DNA of 64,000 nt from an uncultured delta proteobacterium. GTDB taxonomy: Bacteria; Myxococcota_A; UBA9160; SZUA-336. The translations under genes were made by a program, and so were the position numbers. The stretch spans positions 576,001 to 640,000 of the forward strand of contig CAVPHD010000001.1 in the NCBI GenBank assembly GCA_963704165.1, in the 5' to 3' direction. This document shows positions 57,093 through 64,000 of the stretch, piece by piece. Under the pieces are notes generated by a model. It was given only the letters and a program-made list of their open reading frames with translations, searched no databases and had not been told where the DNA came from. Numbering within the stretch: position 1 is the first letter of the stretch; each line of letters opens with the position of its first letter.

Positions 57093-57836
57093 TCAATCGA
57101 GCAGGCGCTCGAGGCCGGCCAGGTCGTCGATCACGTGATCCGGTGCCGGACCCTCGTAGCCGCGAAGCGCGGCCTCCGGGTCGGCGACACGTCGGGTGAG
57201 CCAGGCCGTGCGCATGCCAATCCGCGCAGCGCCGCCGACGTCGGCTTCGAGGTTGTCACCGACGTGGATCACGTCCCCGGGATCGGCGCCGATCCGATCG
57301 AGCACGGCTTCGAAGATTTCCGCGCGCGGTTTGCGGATCCCGACCTCGTCCGAGATCACGACCAGGTCGAAGTGCTCGAGCAAGCCGGCCTGTGCGAGCA
57401 CCAGGCGCGCGGTCTCGCCGTGGCTGAAGTTCGAGCAGACGGCGAGCGCCACGCGCCCGTGCAGGCGCGCGAGCAGCGCCGCGTGGTGGCCGAGATGGCT
57501 CACGTGCTCGCGAATCGCGCTCATGTGCGTGCTCGTCATGGACTGCGCCATCTCGGCCTGCGGACTTCCGATCCGCCGCCCGAAGGCCAGGAATCGCTCC
57601 AGCGTCGGCAGCTCGCGGTGCTCCGCGTAGTAGGCGTGGCGCAGCTCGCGGTCGCTCGAGCCGAGCTCCGCGGCAAATCGCTCGAATTCCAGACCGTGCC
57701 ACTGCACACTGGCGGCGTGAAGAAGTCCGAAGGTAGACGGCGTGCGACGCCCCGCGATCTCGATGCGGGGAAGGCGGTCCATGTGCACGTCGACGAGCGT
57801 GTCGAAAAGGTCGATCGAGAGTGCACGGACCGGCAC
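57093..57836 (-). CDS. HAD-superfamily hydrolase
   Basis: DLFDTLV, CSN, RKP, HVGDNLEADVGGA. Confidence 0.9.
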   Translation of the reverse strand: MPVRALSIDLFDTLVDVHMDRLPRIEIAGRRTPSTFGLLHAASVQWHGLEFERFAAELGSSDRELRHAYYAEHRELPTLERFLAFGRRIGSPQAEMAQSMTSTHMSAIREHVSHLGHHAALLARLHGRVALAVCSNFSHGETARLVLAQAGLLEHFDLVVISDEVGIRKPRAEIFEAVLDRIGADPGDVIHVGDNLEADVGGAARIGMRTAWLTRRVADPEAALRGYEGPAPDHVIDDLAGLERLLD

Positions 57837-57854
57837 GCGGCGCAAGATAGCCGC

Positions 57855-58706
57855 GTGCGCTGGATCGTGCAGGGCGAGAACCTGGACGTGCTTCGCGCGC
57901 TTCCCGACGCGCTCGTCGATCTCGTCTACATCGATCCGCCGTTCAACACCGGCCGCACGCAGCGACGCACGCGTCTTCGCGTGGAGCGTGTCGAGATCGG
58001 AGGCGATCGCACGGGCTTCGCGGGCCGGCGCTACGAGAGCCACGTGGTCGGCGTCTCGTCCTTCGACGACAGGTTCGAGGATTTCCCGGCGTTTCTCGAG
58101 CCACGGCTCGTCGAAGCGCGCCGGGTTCTGAAGCCCACCGGCTCGTTGTTCGTGCACCTCGACCCGCGCGAGTCCCACTACGTGAAGGTTCTGCTCGACC
58201 GCCTCTTCGGCCGAAGCTCGTTCATGAACGAGATCGTCTGGGCGTACGACTACGGCGCGCGCTCGCGAACGCGCTGGCCGGCGAAGCACGACACGATTCT
58301 TTGGTACGCGATGGACCCCGCTCGCTTCACCTACGAGTACGACGCGATCGACCGCATCCCGTACGCGGCGCCCGGCCTGGTCGGTCCCGAGAAGGCCGCG
58401 CGCGGCAAGACGCCGACGGACGTCTGGTGGCAGACGATCGTGCCGACGAACTCGCGCGAGCGCACCGGCTACGCGACACAGAAGCCGCTCGCGATCCTGT
58501 CGCGGATCGTCGCCGTGCACTCGCGTCCGGGCGATCTCGTGCTCGACTTCTTCGCCGGAAGTGGCACGACGGGCGAGGCCGCGGCCCGCCTGGATCGGGG
58601 CTTCATCTTGGTCGATTCGAGCCCCGACGCGGTGCGCGTGATGACCGAGCGCCTCGCCTTCGCGAAGCCAAAAACCCTTACGTCACGTCAGCTTGTTGGC
58701 CCGTAG
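57855..58706 (+). CDS. DNA methyltransferase, N6/N4 beta class (orphan)
   Basis: LVYIDPPF (motif IV) precedes YATQKP and LDFFAGSGTTG (motif I). Confidence 0.92.
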   Translation: MRWIVQGENLDVLRALPDALVDLVYIDPPFNTGRTQRRTRLRVERVEIGGDRTGFAGRRYESHVVGVSSFDDRFEDFPAFLEPRLVEARRVLKPTGSLFVHLDPRESHYVKVLLDRLFGRSSFMNEIVWAYDYGARSRTRWPAKHDTILWYAMDPARFTYEYDAIDRIPYAAPGLVGPEKAARGKTPTDVWWQTIVPTNSRERTGYATQKPLAILSRIVAVHSRPGDLVLDFFAGSGTTGEAAARLDRGFILVDSSPDAVRVMTERLAFAKPKTLTSRQLVGP

Positions 58707-58728
58707 AGGCCGATGTTAGCCTGCCCGA

Positions 58729-59943
58729 GTGCCGACCGAGACCCCCCAAGCTGAGCTCCGCGAGCGGATCCGGAAGGCCGTAGACGCCGAGCCGCTCGAC
58801 CGTCTCGCGGCGATCGAGATCATGACGCGGATCGAGCGCGCGCCGGAGACGATCCTCGAGCCGCTGCTCGACGCCGCGCGCGAGCTCGGCATCCGCGGGC
58901 ATGGGCGCGTGGTCTCGGTCTCGCGAAACGTCTTCATCCCGCTCACCAATCTGTGTCGCGACCGCTGTGGCTACTGCACGTTCGCGGTCGAGCCCGATTC
59001 ACCAAAGGCGAAGACCTGGCGGCTCGACGAGGTGCGCGACACGTCCCGCCGCGCTCGCGCGCTCGGTTGTCTGGAGGCGCTTTTCTGTCTCGGTGACAAG
59101 CCGGAGGTCGCCTATCGCGGCTACCGCGCGTGGCTCTCCGAGCGCGGCTACGCGCGCACGACCGACTACCTCGCCGACGCCTGTGCGGTCGCGTACGAGG
59201 AGGGCATGTTCCCGCACACGAACGCGGGAATCATGTCGCCCGACGAGATGACGCGTCTGCGCCGCACGAACGCGAGCATGGGGCTGATGCTCGAGAGCAC
59301 GAGCGCGCGGCTCCGCCAACGCGGGGGTGCGCACTATTACGCGCCCGACAAGGAGCCCGAGAAGCGCATCCGCATGACGCGCGAGGCCGGCGAGCTGCGG
59401 ATTCCCTTCACGAGCGGGATTCTGGTCGGCATCGGCGAGACGGCCGAAGAGCGCGTCGACACGCTCTGCGCGATCCGCGACCTGCACGCCGAGCACGGAC
59501 ACATCCAGGAAGTGATCGTGCAGAACTTCCATCCCAAGCCCGGCACCGCGATGGCGGACGTGCCGATGCCGAGCGACGAGCTCATGGCGGGCACGACGGC
59601 GCTCGCGCGGCTGATTCTCGGACCGCAGATGAACCTGCAGGCTCCGCCGAATCTCTCGCCGACCTCCCTCGAGCTGCTTCTGCGGGCGGGCATCAACGAC
59701 TGGGGGGGCGTGTCGCCGCTGACGATCGACTTCATCAACCCCGAAGCGCCCTGGCCCGAGCTCGACGAGCTGCGCCGTCGCACCGAGGCGGGCGGTTACG
59801 AGCTTCGGGACCGGCTCTGTGTCTATCCCGACTACATCACCGAACGGCCCGAGTTCTTCGAGCCGGAGATGCTGCGACGACTGCGCGCGATCACCGACGC
59901 GCAAGGCTGGCCAAGGAGCCTCGATGCCCATGCAACGCGCTGA
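58729..59943 (+). CDS. cofG: FO synthase subunit CofG
   Basis: SRNVFIPLTNLCRDRCGYC, EALFCLGDKPE, PHTNAG, SMGLMLE, GHIQEVIVQNF, QAPPNL, DWGGVSP..D..NPE.PWP. Confidence 0.93.
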   Translation: MPTETPQAELRERIRKAVDAEPLDRLAAIEIMTRIERAPETILEPLLDAARELGIRGHGRVVSVSRNVFIPLTNLCRDRCGYCTFAVEPDSPKAKTWRLDEVRDTSRRARALGCLEALFCLGDKPEVAYRGYRAWLSERGYARTTDYLADACAVAYEEGMFPHTNAGIMSPDEMTRLRRTNASMGLMLESTSARLRQRGGAHYYAPDKEPEKRIRMTREAGELRIPFTSGILVGIGETAEERVDTLCAIRDLHAEHGHIQEVIVQNFHPKPGTAMADVPMPSDELMAGTTALARLILGPQMNLQAPPNLSPTSLELLLRAGINDWGGVSPLTIDFINPEAPWPELDELRRRTEAGGYELRDRLCVYPDYITERPEFFEPEMLRRLRAITDAQGWPRSLDAHATR

Positions 59944-61162
59944 CCTGTCCGACACACTTCTGCGTGGAACGAGCACACCCGTGCGCGCGGTGCTCGAGCG
60001 TTCGCTCGAAGGGCGAGAACTCTCGCGTGCCGACGTGGAGGTCCTGCTCGGCGCCGGGGGCCGGGATCTACAGGTCCTGTGCGCCGTCGCCGACAGCGCG
60101 CGCTTCGACGACGTAGGTGACGAGATCTCCTACGTCGTCTGCCGGAACATCAACTTCACGAACATCTGCTACGTCGGCTGCAGCTTCTGCGGCTTCGCGC
60201 GGCACAAGCACGAGGAAGAGGCCTACGATCGGACGCTCGAGGACGTCGTGGGCCGCGCGCGCGAAGCGGTCGCGCGCGGTGCTTCGGAAGTCTGCATCCA
60301 GGGCGGAATCCATCCCAACAAGGACGGATTCTGGTACCGCGAGATCGTCCGCGCGATCAAGGCCGAGCTTCCGGACCTGCACATCCATGCGTTCTCGCCC
60401 GAGGAGATCCACTTCGGTCACCAGAAGTCGAAGGGCATGTCGCTGCGCGACTACCTCTCGATGCTGAAGGCCGAGGGACTCGGCTCGATCCCGGGCACCG
60501 CCGCCGAGATCCTCGACGACGAGGTCCGTCGCATCCTGTCGCCGCGCAAGCTGATGACCGATCGCTGGGTCGAGATCGTCACCACCGCCCACGAAGTCGG
60601 ACTGCGCTCGAGCTCGACGCTGATGTACGGACACATCGAGCAACCGCACCACATCGCCGGCCACCTCGAGCTCTTGCGCGAGATCCAGAAACGCACCGGT
60701 GGCTTCACCGAGTTCGTGCCGCTCGGGTTCATCCACCACAAGACGCGGCTCTACAACGAGCAAGGGTCACGCGCCGGCGCGACGATGCCCGAGGATCTGC
60801 GGCTGATCGCGATCGCACGTCTCTTCCTGCGGCCTTGGATCAAGAACGTGCAGATCTCGTGGGTGAAGATGGGTTTCAAGATCGGACAGATCGCGCTGAT
60901 GTCGGGCGCAAACGACTTCGGTGGCACGCTGATGGAGGAATCGATCAGCAACGCCGCTGGCTCGGAGCACGGAGATCACGTCGAAGCCGAGACGATCGAG
61001 CAGCTGATCCGCGAGATCGGCCGCACGCCCTACGAACGCACGACCACCTACGGGCGGCGCGAAGCGAAGCGGCTCGCGCCCGCGCGAACGCTCGGTCTCG
61101 AGCTTGCGCCGGACACGCGCGTGTCGAAGGGCCACGATCTTGCGGTCCCGAGCGGCTACTGA
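59924..61162 (+). CDS. cofH: FO synthase subunit CofH
   Basis: NINFTNICYVGCSFC, EVCIQGGIHP, PGTAAEILDD, GGFTEFVPL, NVQISWVK, NDFGGTLMEE; follows cofG. Confidence 0.92.
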   Translation: MPMQRADLSDTLLRGTSTPVRAVLERSLEGRELSRADVEVLLGAGGRDLQVLCAVADSARFDDVGDEISYVVCRNINFTNICYVGCSFCGFARHKHEEEAYDRTLEDVVGRAREAVARGASEVCIQGGIHPNKDGFWYREIVRAIKAELPDLHIHAFSPEEIHFGHQKSKGMSLRDYLSMLKAEGLGSIPGTAAEILDDEVRRILSPRKLMTDRWVEIVTTAHEVGLRSSSTLMYGHIEQPHHIAGHLELLREIQKRTGGFTEFVPLGFIHHKTRLYNEQGSRAGATMPEDLRLIAIARLFLRPWIKNVQISWVKMGFKIGQIALMSGANDFGGTLMEESISNAAGSEHGDHVEAETIEQLIREIGRTPYERTTTYGRREAKRLAPARTLGLELAPDTRVSKGHDLAVPSGY

Positions 61163-61207
61163 GCACGTCTCTCAAGACGCACGTCGGGTTCCGACGATGA
61201 GCCAGCC

Positions 61208-62235
61208 ATGAGAAGAGTCCTGGTCACGGGCGGCGCGGGCTTCATCGGCTCGCACTTCATCCGCATCCTGCTCGCGGAAGAGCCGGACGCGGAGGTCGTC
61301 AACCTGGACGTGCTCACCTACGCCGGGAACCTCGCGAATCTGGCCGACGTCTCGGGCTCGAAGCGCTACCGCTTCGTGCGTGGCGACATCCGCGACATGA
61401 AGGTCGCGCTGGAGCTGGTCGCGGACTCCGACTGGATCGTGAACTTCGCAGCCGAGTCGCACGTCGATCGCTCGACGAAGGCGCGCGCGGGCGAGTTCAT
61501 CGACACCAACGTCTACGGCGCGTACGTCATGCTCGAAGCGACACGCCAGGTGAATCGCGACGCGCGCTTTCTCCAGGTCGGCACCGACGAAGTCTACGGC
61601 GACGTGCCCTTCCCCGAGTTCCCGGACGAGCAGGCGATGCTGAGGCCCTCGAGCCCGTACTCGGCGGCAAAGGCCGGTGCAGACCACATCGCCCTCGCCT
61701 TCCACCGAACGCACCGGATGGACGTGCTCGTCTCGCGCTGCACGAACAACTACGGCCCGAATCAGTACCCCGAGAAGGTGATCCCGGTGTTCATCACCAA
61801 CTCCCTCGACGGCGTTCCGCTGCCGCTCTACGACGGCGGAACGCAGGTGCGCGACTGGCTGCGCGTCGAGGACCACTGCCGCGCGCTGCTCCTCTTGCTC
61901 CGTCGCGGAACCGCGGGCGAGATCTACAACATCGGCGCGAACCAGACGCCCGAGGTCACGAACGCCGAGCTCACCAAGATGATTCTCGACTCCACCGGTC
62001 GCCCCGAGACGCTGATCCGTCCGGTCGAGGGGCTGCGGCCGGGGCACGACCACCGCTATGCCGTCGACACCGCCAAGGTTCGCGCGCTCGGCTGGCGCCC
62101 CGCCGAGGATCTCCAAGCCGGGATCGCCAAGACCGTCGCGTGGTATCGAGAGAACCGCGCCTGGTGGGAGCCGATCAAATCGGGGAGTACCGCGAGTACT
62201 ATGAGAAGCACTACGGTGAGGCGGTGCGCCGCTGA
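61208..62235 (+). CDS. rfbB: dTDP-glucose 4,6-dehydratase (missing G at 62182-62185)
   Basis: TGGAGFIG, FAAESHVDRS, TDEVYG, PSSPYSAAK, NNYGP.QYPEK. One extra G gives ...IKSGEYREYYEKHYGEAVRR-stop at 62235. Confidence 0.95.
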
Positions 62236-63526
62236 CGCGTTGCGCGAGCGCCTCGAGCTCGTAGCGAAGTTGTGGCTTCTCGACGATTCGTCGCTGCACG
62301 ACATCGATCGCGTACATCACGCTCGTGTGATCGCGGCTGAAGGCGCGCCCGATCTCGGCCAGTGACGCGTCGGTGTAGATCCGCGCCAGGTACATCGCGA
62401 TCTGACGCGGCCGCACGAGACTCTGCTTGCGGGAACGGGCACGCAGATCTTCCTTGCCGATGCCGTACGCTCGCGCGGTCTCGGCCATGATCTCCTCGAG
62501 CGATCGGGCGCGCCCCGGGAGCTCGACCGCGGCGAGCGCCTGTGCGACGAGCTCGGGCGTGATCGCCGTCTTCATCAGGGATGCGCGCGCGACGACCTGG
62601 TTCAAACCTCCGACCAGATCGCGAACCGAGGCGAGCTCGCGCCGCGCGAGCAGCTCGAGGCAGGCCTCGGGCACGCGCACGCCGCCACGCGCGGCGCGCT
62701 CGCGCAGGATCGCCAGGCGCGTTTCCTGCTCGGGCGGCGCGATGCACGCGACCAGCCCGGAGGCCATGCGCGAGGAGAGCTTCGGGTCGAGCTCGTCGAG
62801 CTCCGCCGGCGGGCGATCCGCAGAGAGCACGACCGTCCTTCCGTTCGACATCAGGTGGTCGAGCGTGTGGAAGAGCTCGACTTGCGTCGCGCGCTTGCCC
62901 GCGAGGAACTGCACGTCTTCGAGGATCAGGACGTTCGTCGAGCGTCGGTAGCGATGGCGAATCCGCGGCATCTGCCCGGCGCGAATCGCATCGGTCACCT
63001 CGGTCGTGAACTGCTCGCTCGACCGATAGGTCGCCGCATTCCCCAGGCGCGTGTGGATCGCGCGGCACAGGTGCGTCTTCCCCATCCCGGTGTTCGCGTA
63101 GAGAAAGAGCGGACTGCAGCGACCCGCCTGGCCGCGCGCGATCAAGCGAGCGGCCTCGAGCGCGAGCGCATTCCCCGGCCCCTCGATGAAGCTCTCGAAC
63201 AACCGCTCCTGCGAGCCCGAGTCCACGGCCGGCTCGAGCGGCGCCGGAGCGGGCTCGGCCGCGGCGGGCGCGCGCGCGGGCGGAGCCGATGCGACGACCG
63301 AGTCGACGCGGTAGTCCACGGAACGCACGCCGCTCGCGCACTCCTCGATCAGCTTGCCGTAGCGGCCGCGCAGCCAGTCCCGGCTGAAGCGATCCGGACA
63401 GCGCAGCACCAGCGTCTCGCCTTCGAGCCGTCCGTCGAGCGCCCGGAACCAGGCCTCGAACACAGCCTCGCCGACGCGCCGTCGCAGCTCCGTGCGAACG
63501 GCCTCCCACCCCCCGAATTTGTCCAT
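62175..63526 (-). CDS. dnaA: DnaA-family replication initiator (copy 2)
   Basis: Domain I (WEAVRTELRRRVGEAVFEAWF..PDRFSRDW), FESFIEGPGN, PLFLYANTGMGKTHL, EDVQFLAGK..TQ.ELFHT, SADR, SVRDL, RQIAMYLAR, RDHTSVMYA. The stop at 62175 is restored by the same single-G fix. Confidence 0.9.
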
Positions 63527-63873
63527 CTCGGCCGAATTACCCCTCAATTCGACCGGATTTCCGGCCGACCCCCGTGTGAATCGTTCGCGGGACTCTCCCA
63601 TGGGGTCGCATGGGGGGCAAAGCCGATTCTTTGGCGCGTCGTCTTTCGCCAGCGCCCGACACACTCGCGAACACGACCCGGCTCCGAGGGTCTTCCCCGA
63701 CGGTGGCGCAACTGTGGAGATTCGCGCCGGAGTTTCGGCTTCGCGTGCGACCGGAGTCCTCGCGTTCACGGCCCCGTGCACAGGCGTACTCACAGCGAAG
63801 TGCCACGGAGCGGTGTCTGGCGATCTCCGAATTTCGTCGAGTATCGCGATAATGCGGATCGCCTCGCGATTTT

Positions 63874-64000
63874 TCAGTTCACGCTCTTGGGTCCCTCGGG
63901 AAGCCTCGCTTCGGCGATTCGGAAGATCAGCAGCCGCAGCAGGAGCTCTCCCTGGACGACCGGATCGGCGGCCTCGAGCAGGCTCTGCTTCTCGAGAGTC
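63874..64000 (-). CDS. C-terminus of a LON substrate-binding-domain-like protein (partial)
   Basis: TLEKQSLLEAADPVVQGELLLRLL...KSVN-stop; EKQxLLEA motif. Confidence 0.55.
   Translation of the reverse strand, partial: TLEKQSLLEAADPVVQGELLLRLLIFRIAEARLPEGPKSVN

Noticed and set aside
61172..63793. 873-aa DnaA 'fusion' ORF
   Set aside because: The C-terminal half is the antisense of rfbB, opened by a homopolymer deletion at 62182-62185; the first 89 aa are probably non-coding upstream sequence.

Overview
High-GC bacterial chromosomal segment. Gene order (split atp operon with hemL-atpZ/I-atpB-atpE; mfd-PPIase-surA-pdxA) suggests a deltaproteobacterium/Myxococcota-like organism; this is inference. 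The window contains the origin region: parA (partial), parS-like sites, rsmG, jag, yidC, yidD, rnpA, rpmH, dnaA-like, candidate oriC, dnaN, gyrB, gyrA. Housekeeping and accessory genes follow: tmk-pnuC-nadR-like, uvrA, pdxA, surA, mfd, a stand-alone rplC followed by rlmE, tgt, purM, one IS, tamA/B, an MCP, a PEP-CTERM-like protein, argD, an orphan DNA MTase, cofG/cofH, rfbB and a second dnaA. Single-base indels, often in homopolymers, break jag, a membrane protein, tamA, the MCP, csbD, the TPR gene and rfbB/dnaA2, which points to long-read assembly errors. Best leads: (1) two full-length but divergent DnaA proteins with complementary loss of conserved motifs, next to an oriC with variant DnaA boxes and DnaA-trios; (2) a candidate sigma54-driven, GGA-rich structured sRNA between atpE and tmk; (3) an L3 gene outside the S10 operon whose amber stop is followed in frame by an rlmE with ACG in place of ATG; (4) a 41-aa, very basic unannotated peptide. 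No rRNA, tRNA or CRISPR array was seen. All alignments were made by eye from remembered family motifs; no searches were run.
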